A stretch of DNA of 42,771 nt from a virus (taxonomy: Duplodnaviria; Caudoviricetes): the IMG/VR virus record IMGVR_UViG_3300044820_000025, positions 1 to 42,771 of that record. One strand, given 5' to 3'. This document shows, piece after piece, positions 1 to 8,060 of this stretch (position 1 is the stretch's first letter; every line of letters begins with the position of its first letter). The notes beneath the pieces are model-generated. The model did no database searches, was not told the origin of the DNA, and saw only the letters and a program-made list of their open reading frames with translations. A program made the position numbers and the translations under genes.

Positions 1-18
1 GTCCGGTCACGGTGAGTT

Positions 19-144
19 GAACTCGTCAGCCTCGGACTCCGAGTACAACTCACCGTGACCGGACAGCAGCTTCAGAATCACGCGGTCTTTCGCGCGCTTC
101 TCTGCCATCGCATACGGGTAGCTGTTCTTGTTGTTCTTCGGGCT
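19..144. repeat. Terminal direct repeat, left copy (126 bp), circular assembly overlap
   Basis: 19-144 is identical to 42646-42771 (gaactcgtcagcc...ttcttcgggct). Confidence 0.95.
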
Positions 145-393
145 TGCCTCGCCTACCGACCATTCCAGCCGCTCATCGAGCTTGCCGAAGACGCACATGG
201 CGACAATGCCATCCGCCATCCTGGTTTCGATCATCGCTGGTCGATCCCAAACGATCCCGACTTCTGCCGCGACACGCTCGAGAGCCTTGTGCTTGACGAC
301 CCACGTAGTACCGTGGACCTCCCAGATTTCATCCGAGGCGATCTTGTACTTGGCCATGAACTCCTTCACGGCATTGCTCGGTGCCTTACCCAT
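19..393 (-). CDS. Putative single-strand annealing protein (Sak3/Rad52-like), N-terminal part; continues across the junction into 42645-42304 (~238 aa in total)
   Basis: Motif GEASPKNNKNSYPYAMAEKRAKDRVILKL...LYSESEADEF; lies directly upstream of SSB and NinB; family call from memory. Confidence 0.55.
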
Positions 394-628
394 TTGCCAC
401 CACCCTCAGATTGGTCTTGCGCAGGGCATCGATCGCGCTCAGCAGAAGGCGGATCTTAGTGTCCATGCTCCACAGGTCGGCCTCGTGACGTTCCACGAAC
501 TCCCGGTAGAGCGGGTCTTGATGGGCCTTTGAGAGATCGGTGATCGACAGCCAGGCATCGCGCGCCAGCAGATCGATCTTGATCTCCGCTTCTTCCTTCG
601 GTGTATGGTATTCGCCGTTCTCACTCAT
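386..628 (-). CDS. Hypothetical protein
   Basis: 80-aa ORF with GGAG RBS, overlapping both neighbours. Confidence 0.7.
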   Translation of the reverse strand: MSENGEYHTPKEEAEIKIDLLARDAWLSITDLSKAHQDPLYREFVERHEADLWSMDTKIRLLLSAIDALRKTNLRVVANG

Positions 629-819
629 GATACTCTCCTCTCCCTCTCGTTGTGCTTTTCTAGATCCGCGTTCACGATGATCTTGAGTGCTGCCTCAAGC
701 TCTGCCCGACGCTGCGAGCGGCCAGTTTCCAGCTTGATAAGAGCGCTCAGGTGGGCCGCCTTGCGCTCGCGAGATAGCGGGCCGATGCGGCGTATAACCT
801 CGTATATGCAGGGCTTCAT
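625..819 (-). CDS. Hypothetical protein (MKPCIYEVIRR...)
   Basis: ATG at 819 overlaps the stop of the upstream gene (ATGA coupling). Confidence 0.65.
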   Translation of the reverse strand: MKPCIYEVIRRIGPLSRERKAAHLSALIKLETGRSQRRAELEAALKIIVNADLEKHNERERRVS

Positions 820-1340
820 CCGATCCTCTGCCGAATGGTGGCGACGGCCTCGATCACTTCCCTCTTCCACAGGAGCAGGTTCTTGATCTTGATATCGGCA
901 TGGTGAACGGTCGTGTGGTCTCGACCGCCGAACTGGCGACCGATCTCCGGCATTGAGCGGACGGTCAGATGCCGGCACAGATACATGGCGACCTGACGCG
1001 GCAACGTGATATCTCGGGTGCGCCTGGCTGATATCAGGTCGGTGTTCGTGACCTTGTAGTAACGGCAGACAGCGCGTTTGATGCGCGCAATGGTTACCGC
1101 CCCGGCATCGATCTCATTTTCGCCCCACAGCTCCAAGAAATCGCTGGATGGCTTCGGCTCCACAACGATGCTCGGCAAAAGCGGCGCCGGCAGAAAGCGG
1201 TTCTTGTAGATATCCGGGGCGTGCTCATAGTGCAGCCTGCGAAGGCGCAGCAGCAGAGCGCGCGAACTCATCATGTCCCGTGTGCGCTTGTCTGCTTCGT
1301 ATGGACGTACTCCGCCCATTGGTGCCACTGCGATATTCAT
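816..1340 (-). CDS. DnaA domain IV (Bac_DnaA_C) helix-turn-helix protein
   Basis: IKRAVCRYYKVTNTDLISARRTRDITLPRQVAMYLCRHLTVRSMPEIGRQFGGRDHTTVHHA matches the DnaA C-terminal signature. Confidence 0.9.
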   Translation of the reverse strand: MNIAVAPMGGVRPYEADKRTRDMMSSRALLLRLRRLHYEHAPDIYKNRFLPAPLLPSIVVEPKPSSDFLELWGENEIDAGAVTIARIKRAVCRYYKVTNTDLISARRTRDITLPRQVAMYLCRHLTVRSMPEIGRQFGGRDHTTVHHADIKIKNLLLWKREVIEAVATIRQRIG

Positions 1341-1345
1341 TTCAC

Positions 1346-1741
1346 TTACTCCCCAGTTGATTTTCCAGCCGCTGACGCTCTCGCTTGGCCCGCCACCATG
1401 CGATCAAAGCCCTCAATAGGCGCATCAAGTTCACTCCGAAGTTTCTGAATTTTCATCAGCTCGTTAAAATGCTCTTGCTCGTAATGCAGAACCCACTTCT
1501 CGTAATTATCCCTAATCCTCAAAAACAATGAGATGCGCGGCTCGGTAGCGCCGGGGCGCTCCGCCAAAAACTTCTCTACCCAGGACTTGGACGTCCCGAC
1601 CTTGCGCGCCACTTCGCCATAGGCGTTGTCACGACCGACCCTTCGCGCTTCCCAGTCCACTAGGAGGCTGAGCGCGGATCGTGTGGCGGAGGTGATGGTA
1701 GCGGCGGAGGACATCTGCATTTTCCTGCGGAAGTTCTTCAT
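1346..1741 (-). CDS. HTH-containing regulator, CII-position protein (start uncertain)
   Basis: AYGEVARKVGTSKSWVEKFL is HTH-like; located downstream of cro. Confidence 0.55.
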   Translation of the reverse strand: MKNFRRKMQMSSAATITSATRSALSLLVDWEARRVGRDNAYGEVARKVGTSKSWVEKFLAERPGATEPRISLFLRIRDNYEKWVLHYEQEHFNELMKIQKLRSELDAPIEGFDRMVAGQARASAAGKSTGE

Positions 1742-1775
1742 TTTTCGAAACCCTTCATGTGATCAATTGATCTCC

Positions 1776-1976
1776 ATGAAGGAACACAACAACGACAACG
1801 ATGAATTGCCCTTCGTGAGCATCGGATTGGCGTCCGCGCTCATACTCAACAAGCTGCGTTTGGCGACGCAGCTCTCAGACAGCGCAAAACAGAAGGACGA
1901 AGGCCGCGAAGGCGACACCAACGCCGGTCGCGGATACCAGGAGAAGGGCGCCAAGTACGGCAGCCACATCACATAG
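1776..1976 (+). CDS. Small hypothetical ORF antisense to the early left operon
   Basis: 66-aa ORF MKEHNNDNDELPFVSIG...; overlaps a - strand candidate ORF. Confidence 0.3.
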   Translation: MKEHNNDNDELPFVSIGLASALILNKLRLATQLSDSAKQKDEGREGDTNAGRGYQEKGAKYGSHIT

Positions 1977-2068
1977 AAAAAGTTTCAGAGATCCCGCCGG
2001 GGTGCCCCGCTCGGCGTGATGCAGAGGCGCCCAAGGCTGGACGTTGCCCCCGTTGGCCTTGGGCGTGC

Positions 2069-2323
2069 TCATACCTTCGCTCCCCGCTTGGAGGGATTGA
2101 GCATTGCAGTGAAGATGGAGATGTCGGTCTTGCGCTCGACTACAGGGCGGAAGCGGTGAGGCCAGAATCCATAAGGTTTTCGCACGCCAATAACATCGAT
2201 CCTATTCTTGGAGATAAACGAAACAGTATAGACCTTATGTTGTATGAGCCATTTGCGCGTCCAATCAGATCCCGCTGATGCATCCACGCACACCACCTTC
2301 TGTCCAACACGAAAGGCCATCAC
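2069..2323 (-). CDS. Conserved phage hypothetical protein (FRVGQKVVCVD...FRPVVERKTDISIF)
   Basis: GGGGAG RBS; motif typical of small alphaproteobacterial phage proteins. Confidence 0.75.
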   Translation of the reverse strand: MMAFRVGQKVVCVDASAGSDWTRKWLIQHKVYTVSFISKNRIDVIGVRKPYGFWPHRFRPVVERKTDISIFTAMLNPSKRGAKV

Positions 2324-2436
2324 ATCTTCTCCCCTGAAGTATCAATTGCCGGGCGTTGCGCCACGATGAAAGCCAGCCAGCCGAACAACGCGCAGCCATA
2401 GGCGATGTAGACGAGGATCTCTGATGCCTCGGTCAT
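2320..2436 (-). CDS. Small single-TM protein (38 aa, MTEASEILVYIAYGCALFGWLAFIVAQ...)
   Basis: Translated by hand; start and stop overlap both neighbours; hydrophobic stretch. Confidence 0.5.
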   Translation of the reverse strand: MTEASEILVYIAYGCALFGWLAFIVAQRPAIDTSGEKM

Positions 2437-2611
2437 ATCGAGGTACTCACGAGACTAAAGTTTTGAATGTGTGCGGTGAGCGGCGCTGCACTGCGAATTT
2501 TGGGATAGGTTGCAGAATTAGCTAGCGCAACAAGACGAACACGTGCCCACTCGCTGCATTGCAAATCAGCGGGGAATCCATGGGGAACGTCATTAATCTG
2601 GCGGGGCATAT

Positions 2612-2845
2612 TCATGCTCGCGCCTCCGCAGCTTCACGGGCGGCCAATGAAGCAAGGGTCTCAGCAGTCAACCCGACGTGTGCCGCTGGCTCCGTCGAGA
2701 GGATTGCAACCCACCACTCGGCGGGGATGCTGTCTCGCTTGCGCCATTTGGAAATTGCAGAGGGCTTGGCGCCGATATCCAGCGCCATACCGTCCAGCGT
2801 GGTCCAAAGCTTAATAACGTCTCGGAATGTGTCTATCTGTCCCAT
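2612..2845 (-). CDS. cro: Cro-like HTH repressor
   Basis: 77 aa, MALDIGAKPSAISKWRKRDSIPAEWW; divergent from the XRE repressor across operator sites. Confidence 0.75.
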   Translation of the reverse strand: MGQIDTFRDVIKLWTTLDGMALDIGAKPSAISKWRKRDSIPAEWWVAILSTEPAAHVGLTAETLASLAAREAAEARA

Positions 2846-2852
2846 ACCCAGA

Positions 2853-2924
2853 CGTTTAGGACAATTCGTCCTTAGACGCAAGGCCAATCTGTCCTTAGAC
2901 GGCAAAAAAAGTTTAGGACATACT
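2853..2924. promoter_or_regulatory. OR-like switch: operators and divergent promoters
   Basis: Operators AGGAC-AATTC-GTCCT (2858-2872), AGGCC-AATCT-GTCCT (2881-2895), half site at 2915. Leftward TTGCGT-N17-TAAACG (2881-2853). Rightward TAGACG-N17-CATACT (2896-2924). Confidence 0.75.
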
Positions 2925-2930
2925 GCCGGG

Positions 2931-3245
2931 ATGGCCGATCAAGAGACGGAAGCTGAGTTCAAACAAAGGTTTATGCAGCGCGTGAAAGCCGCGCGGGCGG
3001 CGCTTGGCTGGAAGCAATGGCAGATGGCTGACGCCCTCGGCATGTCCCAGGACAAGTATAAGACATATGAAGTCCGAACCTACCTGCCCCACCACCTAAT
3101 CGGCCGGTTCTGCCTTATAACAAGGGTGGACCCGGAATGGCTGGTGACGGGCCGGGGAGAAAAGCCGCTGCAGCCGGTCAAGCTTGTCGAGCAAGAGGAA
3201 GCTGAGCACCCGCCTAAAAAGGCGAAAACAAGGAAGGTCGCATGA
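2931..3245 (+). CDS. cI: CI-like XRE family repressor (HTH only, no S24 peptidase domain)
   Basis: RVKAARAALGWKQWQMADALGMSQDKYKTYE...VDPEWLVTGRG. Confidence 0.85.
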   Translation: MADQETEAEFKQRFMQRVKAARAALGWKQWQMADALGMSQDKYKTYEVRTYLPHHLIGRFCLITRVDPEWLVTGRGEKPLQPVKLVEQEEAEHPPKKAKTRKVA

Positions 3246-3571
3246 GACGCGCAATTTTAGCTCTGCCTCTGTTTATAGTGTTGGGCGGGTGTGCCGGGTC
3301 TGTCTTGGGAGATGCCATTGCCGGCCCAGAGGCGGTAGCCGAGCGGGAGGACTCTTACTGCCGCTCGATCGGCCTGCAGTTTGGCACTCCTGAATATGCG
3401 AGCTGTCGGATGCAGACGACGCAGGGGCGGCAAGCCAGGCACCAAATGGCTATCCAAGGGGCTGCGGCGAATATGCAGCGCTCCATAGACGCCAGTAGGC
3501 CCGTCCAGATGGCGCCTCGAACCTGTAACAGCTCTGTCATAGGGAATCAGGTTCAAACGAATTGCTACTGA
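3242..3571 (+). CDS. Lipoprotein co-transcribed with the repressor (possible superinfection exclusion)
   Basis: MRRAILALPLFIVLGGC signal with lipobox; ATGA-coupled to cI; followed by a terminator. Confidence 0.75.
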   Translation: MRRAILALPLFIVLGGCAGSVLGDAIAGPEAVAEREDSYCRSIGLQFGTPEYASCRMQTTQGRQARHQMAIQGAAANMQRSIDASRPVQMAPRTCNSSVIGNQVQTNCY

Positions 3572-3593
3572 CATCTTTTTATCCCACTAAACA

Positions 3594-3623
3594 AGCCCGC
3601 CCTTGCCCGGCGGGTTTTTCTTT
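3594..3623 (+). terminator. Rho-independent terminator
   Basis: GCCCGCC-loop-GGCGGGT followed by TTTTCTTT. Confidence 0.8.
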
Positions 3624-3670
3624 GCCCGCTCGATTCGGTCCCAGGCGTCCTCAAAACTATTTTTAACAGA

Positions 3671-3714
3671 AGGACGTTTTGTCCTTGACGACGAGGACGA
3701 ATTGTCCTTAGATG
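3671..3714 (+). promoter_or_regulatory. OL/pL-like repressor-controlled promoter of the accessory arm
   Basis: Perfect operators AGGAC-N5-GTCCT at 3671-3685 and 3694-3708 (23-bp spacing, as at OR), overlapping TTGACG at 3685-3690. Confidence 0.8.
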
Positions 3715-3738
3715 CTCCTACGAACACAGGGGCACGAT

Positions 3739-3999
3739 ATGACCAACTGGACCTCGCTTAAAACTGTAGACAGCGATTTTGTCTTTGCCACCACGCACAG
3801 CCTCCGCCTGTCGGACACGTGGTCGTGGGTTTCCGAAGCGGTAGCGGAAAAGTTCGACACCTACCCCGATCTTCTCGACCTCGAAGAAGACGAGGACGGC
3901 CGCGAGTTTGTTGCAGAGAGCGGCAAGCGGTTAGCTGAGATCCACAACTGCCGCATGGTCAATGCGCCCCGTGCGCTTCTGCAGATGGCGGCGGAGTAG
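3739..3999 (+). CDS. Hypothetical protein
   Basis: ORF after the pL-like promoter; ends in LQMAAE. Confidence 0.7.
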   Translation: MTNWTSLKTVDSDFVFATTHSLRLSDTWSWVSEAVAEKFDTYPDLLDLEEDEDGREFVAESGKRLAEIHNCRMVNAPRALLQMAAE

Positions 4000-4003
4000 T
4001 GTG

Positions 4004-4219
4004 ATGGCTCGCAACAAGAAGATCGAAAGCTGGGATGACGAGCGATCGATCGGCAACTCCCTCATCGTCGCACTGAAGCCGGGCTTTGCATTTGCGGCGA
4101 ATGGTAGCGACGCAGCAGAGCACGTCTACGGGTTCGACACTGTGCGGGAAGCGAACGCTGGCGTCCGCGATGCCGCCCCCTGCGATTGCGATATTTGCAC
4201 CGGGAAGGCGCGGTCATGA
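4004..4219 (+). CDS. Hypothetical protein
   Basis: GGAG RBS; C-terminal CxCxxC. Confidence 0.7.
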   Translation: MARNKKIESWDDERSIGNSLIVALKPGFAFAANGSDAAEHVYGFDTVREANAGVRDAAPCDCDICTGKARS

Positions 4220-4470
4220 ACACTCAGCAGCAAGCCGACCGCCTACTTGCCCAGTGGCAAGCCGAGCGCGCGATGGGGATCAAGCCGGAAGACCGGCTTC
4301 GTCAGGACAACCGATCCGAGAAAGAGTGGTGGGATCAGCTACTCGCCGTTGACCGAGAGATGTCGCTGGATGAGGCGATCGACAATGCCGAGCGCGTTGG
4401 CGTGAAGTGGGCTTGGCAGGCTGATGAGCTGAACCTGATCGACCTTCACCAGAGCGAAGCCGCAGAGTAG
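4216..4470 (+). CDS. Hypothetical protein
   Basis: ATGA-coupled ORF. Confidence 0.65.
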   Translation: MNTQQQADRLLAQWQAERAMGIKPEDRLRQDNRSEKEWWDQLLAVDREMSLDEAIDNAERVGVKWAWQADELNLIDLHQSEAAE

Positions 4471-4500
4471 CGCTCACAATCTCATGACCGAGGAACCGCT

Positions 4501-4707
4501 ATGAATGAGCAATTCGATGGCCTGAACTACCTTATACAGTACCGCCAAAAGGCGGACGGCGTGAAGTGGCACAACATGGCCGCGTTCGACGTCTTGGGAG
4601 CGGCTGAAAGCTACTTGAAAAAACAGGACCGCGACGAAGATTGGATCTGGGAATACCGGATGGTCGATCTGGAAGACGGCAATGTCACCATTCTAGCGCC
4701 GGCATAG
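4501..4707 (+). CDS. Hypothetical protein flanked by junction motifs
   Basis: 68 aa; GAGG RBS lies inside the motif at 4478. Confidence 0.75.
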   Translation: MNEQFDGLNYLIQYRQKADGVKWHNMAAFDVLGAAESYLKKQDRDEDWIWEYRMVDLEDGNVTILAPA

Positions 4708-4761
4708 CCCCGCGCTCATCTTGAGGGACGGCAACACCGCAATATTTTGTAGGGGATTCCA

Positions 4762-5133
4762 ATGGACGCACAATTGAAAGCGAAGTGGGTTGAGGCGCTG
4801 CGGAGCGGTGAGTATCAACAAACGAAAAGCTACCTTCATGACATAGACGGATATTGTTGCCTTGGCGTCCTTTGCGACGTTTCCGGCGAAGGGCATTGGG
4901 TGATGGGCGGAAGTGTTTTCCGATTTCATCATGGCGAAGATGATGTGGCCGGCTTCCTTCCAACCGATCTTGCTCTGAGAACTGGTGTTGGAGCGTTCGA
5001 AATGAGGCTTTCGAACATGAACGATAACGGCAACGACTTCTCCATTATAGCCGACTACATCGAAGCAAATATCCCGGCCGACACTGTTTCGCTCACGTCA
5101 GCAGACCGCGCAACTGTGGGAGGCAAGAAGTGA
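4762..5133 (+). CDS. Conserved phage hypothetical protein (KWVEALRSGEYQQ...YCCLGVLC)
   Basis: Recognisable widespread phage motif; AGGGG RBS. Confidence 0.8.
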   Translation: MDAQLKAKWVEALRSGEYQQTKSYLHDIDGYCCLGVLCDVSGEGHWVMGGSVFRFHHGEDDVAGFLPTDLALRTGVGAFEMRLSNMNDNGNDFSIIADYIEANIPADTVSLTSADRATVGGKK

Positions 5134-5348
5134 AACTGACAGACGCGCAGGTCGCCACGCTCCGCGAGATGGCAAATTATGAGGCCTACTTCTTCAGGCA
5201 GGCAACAAGCCGGACCCTGGTGGCCCTTGGTTTGGCGGAGCCTTGCTACGAAGGCCGCTCAAAGAAACAGGTCAAGCGACCGCCGCACCGCATCACCGAC
5301 GCCGGCCGCGCCGCTCTTGCCGAACAGAAGGACCGCACCAATGGGTGA
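5130..5348 (+). CDS. Small winged-helix-like hypothetical protein
   Basis: KLTDAQ...LVALGLA...RITDAGRAAL. Confidence 0.7.
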   Translation: MKLTDAQVATLREMANYEAYFFRQATSRTLVALGLAEPCYEGRSKKQVKRPPHRITDAGRAALAEQKDRTNG

Positions 5349-6267
5349 AGCCAAGCGCTACCAGAGTTGCCCGTTCTGCGGAGCGACGCCACATCACGGC
5401 CTCGGCAAGGTCTATCGTGACCAGCTACGCGGCGAGCCGCTGCAGGACTTCAGCATCAAATGCCCTCATGGGCACGCGAAGATAACCCGCCCGAGCGAGG
5501 CGTTGGCGCGCGCAGAATGGAACACTCGCGATCCTGCCCAACCACCCCTGGGCCGCGACGAAATTGCGGAAATCATCAAAGACACCATAAGTGTTGATGT
5601 TGATTTCGAAGGTGCCGATGTCATCGTTGACGCCAGCAAATCCGCCGACGAAATCTGCGCTAGGCTCGCCGCCCTCCGCGCGCCAGAGGCGGCCGACGCG
5701 GGGGCTGTGGCGTGGCAATATCGTTTCTTTTGCGAAGATCACTGGACGCAATGGTTCGATTGCAGCGAGGAGTTTTTTGATAGGATCATCCGTACCGGAA
5801 TGTCGGGCTACTATAAGGCCGAGGCCTGCCCTCTCTACGCCTCCCCCTCCGACGCCGGGATGCGCGAGCGGGCGGCTATCATCGAGGAGTGCGCAAAGAT
5901 CGCAGAGACGTATGTCCCATTCGGCAAGTTGAAGCACGAGGGCACTAAAGCTGGCATCGCCGCCGCGATCCGCGCCCTCTCCGCGCCGGTAGCCGGGGCA
6001 GACGCCGGGATGCGCGCCGGCCTCTATCTCGATGACAACGACACCGGATGGCTATGCGCCGAAGTGGTCGGCAAGGTCATCGTCGCCAAGGCCGACGACT
6101 GCACGGCGGTTTCCAAAGATCTGTTCGAGCAGTGGGGGTGGCGCGTCACATCGACAGAGTCGGCCGACTCTGAGAGAGCCGGAGACGGCTTACGGCGCCG
6201 CTTCGCGGCGGCAATGCGGGAAGATGGGGCCGCAGAGATCACATCGACTGAGCGAGGCACCCCATGA
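5341..6267 (+). CDS. Modular accessory protein with an N-terminal Lar-like zinc finger and Ead/Ea22-type modules
   Basis: CPFCG...C...A..EWNTR; VAWQYR; IEECAKIAE...AAAIRAL; internal direct repeats. Confidence 0.7.
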   Translation: MGEAKRYQSCPFCGATPHHGLGKVYRDQLRGEPLQDFSIKCPHGHAKITRPSEALARAEWNTRDPAQPPLGRDEIAEIIKDTISVDVDFEGADVIVDASKSADEICARLAALRAPEAADAGAVAWQYRFFCEDHWTQWFDCSEEFFDRIIRTGMSGYYKAEACPLYASPSDAGMRERAAIIEECAKIAETYVPFGKLKHEGTKAGIAAAIRALSAPVAGADAGMRAGLYLDDNDTGWLCAEVVGKVIVAKADDCTAVSKDLFEQWGWRVTSTESADSERAGDGLRRRFAAAMREDGAAEITSTERGTP

Positions 6268-6671
6268 AGTACGAAACAGCACGCACGGCAATTCAGGAAG
6301 AGCGCGCTAGGCAGATTTCCGTTGAGGGATGGACTCCGGAGCACGACGACCAACACGGCGATGGCGAGATGCTGAGCGCCGCTATCGCCTATTACATGAA
6401 CGGGGTCGGTCGTCCGATCTCGCTCCGACCTGGCGACGGCGCCCCATTGGGTTGGCCGTGGGATGCTGAATGGTGGAAGCCAAATACTCCAGAGCGCGAC
6501 CTAGCGCGCGCCGGAGCGCTGTGCATGGCGGAGATCGACCGGCTGCGGCGAATCAAGGGCAGCAACGTCGAGCATGTCCAAGTAAAGCTACGAATGGTCA
6601 TTGCTGCTCTAGATGCACTTGCGGTCTCCCCTCACAAATGCGGTACCGCTACGGGTGGGGGTGCCGAGTGA
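6264..6671 (+). CDS. Conserved phage protein (ERARQISVEGWTPEHDDQH...WPW..EWWKP)
   Basis: Widespread lambdoid accessory domain. Confidence 0.8.
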   Translation: MKYETARTAIQEERARQISVEGWTPEHDDQHGDGEMLSAAIAYYMNGVGRPISLRPGDGAPLGWPWDAEWWKPNTPERDLARAGALCMAEIDRLRRIKGSNVEHVQVKLRMVIAALDALAVSPHKCGTATGGGAE

Positions 6672-7111
6672 TGATAGCACCATGCACCGTGAAGGCCGCG
6701 AAGGCGCAGGTTCGCCAGTGGCATCGCCATCTGAAGGATGTTCAGGGCGGGCTGTTCGCAGCGCAGATCGTTGACGCCGAGGGCAACTGTCGCGGCGTCG
6801 CTATCGCCGGCAACCCAGCTCGCGTCTGGCAAGGTCAGGCCAAGCTCGTCATTTCACGGGTAGCCACTGACGGCGCCGAGAACGCTTGCTCTGCCCTGTA
6901 CGGCTCACTCTGCCGGGCCGCGAAGGCGCTCGGCTATCGTGAAGTCTGGACCTACACGCTGCCGCACGAGCCGGGTACGTCGCTGCGAGCTGCAGGCTTT
7001 ATCGATATGGGCATGAGCCGAGGCGGTGAGCACGATCGCCCGTCACGCGCCCGTAAGCCTGCCAAAAATGCCGAACCGAAACGCCGCTGGCTCAGGAGGC
7101 TCGCATCATGA
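6671..7111 (+). CDS. XF1762-family protein (Mom-related GNAT-like fold)
   Basis: WHRH, GVAIAGNP, RVATDGAENACSALYG, ALGY..VWTYTL..EPGTSLRAAGF. Confidence 0.7.
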   Translation: MIAPCTVKAAKAQVRQWHRHLKDVQGGLFAAQIVDAEGNCRGVAIAGNPARVWQGQAKLVISRVATDGAENACSALYGSLCRAAKALGYREVWTYTLPHEPGTSLRAAGFIDMGMSRGGEHDRPSRARKPAKNAEPKRRWLRRLAS

Positions 7112-7326
7112 AGGGCGATATCCGCTGCTTTGAAGGATATCTATGGCGTCACGACCCACAGTTAGATGACCCGGAGTTAGAGACGCGCGTGGGCGATTGC
7201 CCTGAGTGCGACGGCCTTGGCTGCGATGAGATTGAACGGCGCGCCGCTGCTGCAAAAGATGTGACCACCCTTTCGGTCACGCGCCATGACGACCAGGCCG
7301 CTACCGATAGAGGTGCTAAGTCATGA
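7108..7326 (+). CDS. Hypothetical protein with CxxCxGxG
   Basis: ATGA-coupled; GGAGG RBS. Confidence 0.65.
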   Translation: MKGDIRCFEGYLWRHDPQLDDPELETRVGDCPECDGLGCDEIERRAAAAKDVTTLSVTRHDDQAATDRGAKS

Positions 7327-8060
7327 ACCGCACCCTTATCTGGTGGTCCACAGGCGCAGCTAGCGCCGTAATGGCTTCTCTGCTCCTCGCAGAACAGCCA
7401 GACGCAATTGTCGTTCGCTGCGAGACTGGCAACGAAGACCCGGACAACTATCGGTTTGAAGCCGATGTCATGCGGCGACTCAACACGTCCGTCACGCTCT
7501 TGAAGTCTGATGAGTTCGAGAACGTCAGGGATGTGTGGAAGCGCGAGCGATACATGGCCGGCATCAACGGCGCATCATGTACGCGCGCCATGAAGGTCGA
7601 ACCTCGCCTAGCATTCCAGCATCCGACTGACCGTCATGCCTTCGGGTACACTGCCGACAAGCCGGACATGGAGCGGTTCGCCCGGCTGAAGCATAACTAC
7701 CCGGAGCTGGACGTTCGGGCACCCTTGATTGAGCAAGGAATAGACAAGGCCAACTGCCTGGGGATCGTCCAGCGTTGGGGCATCGACCTCCCGCGCTCCT
7801 ACGCCATGGGCTTCCCGAACGCCAATTGCCTGCAGAGCGGCTGCGTCAAAGGCGGCCTCGGCTACTGGGCACGGTATCGCCACTACTTTCCCGAGGAGTT
7901 CGCCGCTACGGCTGCCCAGGCCCGCGAGATCGGGGCGAAGCTCGTGAAGCACAAAGGCAAGCGAATCTTCATTGATGAGATCCCGGCTAATTATCCGATG
8001 ACGGATGCAATTGTCCCGGCGTGCGATTTCCTTTGCTCAGCCATGGAGGCAGCAGAATGA
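7323..8060 (+). CDS. PAPS-reductase-like / adenine nucleotide alpha-hydrolase (PP-loop) protein
   Basis: WWSTGAASAV PP-loop variant; CT..MK; NANC..GCVKGG.GYW; C-terminal CDFLC. Confidence 0.75.
   Translation: MNRTLIWWSTGAASAVMASLLLAEQPDAIVVRCETGNEDPDNYRFEADVMRRLNTSVTLLKSDEFENVRDVWKRERYMAGINGASCTRAMKVEPRLAFQHPTDRHAFGYTADKPDMERFARLKHNYPELDVRAPLIEQGIDKANCLGIVQRWGIDLPRSYAMGFPNANCLQSGCVKGGLGYWARYRHYFPEEFAATAAQAREIGAKLVKHKGKRIFIDEIPANYPMTDAIVPACDFLCSAMEAAE

Noticed and set aside
1-64. Inverted repeat as a hairpin telomere or invertible segment
   Set aside because: No protelomerase or invertase present; lies mid-gene at the contig edge; best explained as a chimeric read
2559-2930. Long N-terminal extension of the repressor (228-aa ORF call)
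   Set aside because: Overlaps cro and the operators; promoter position supports the start at 2931
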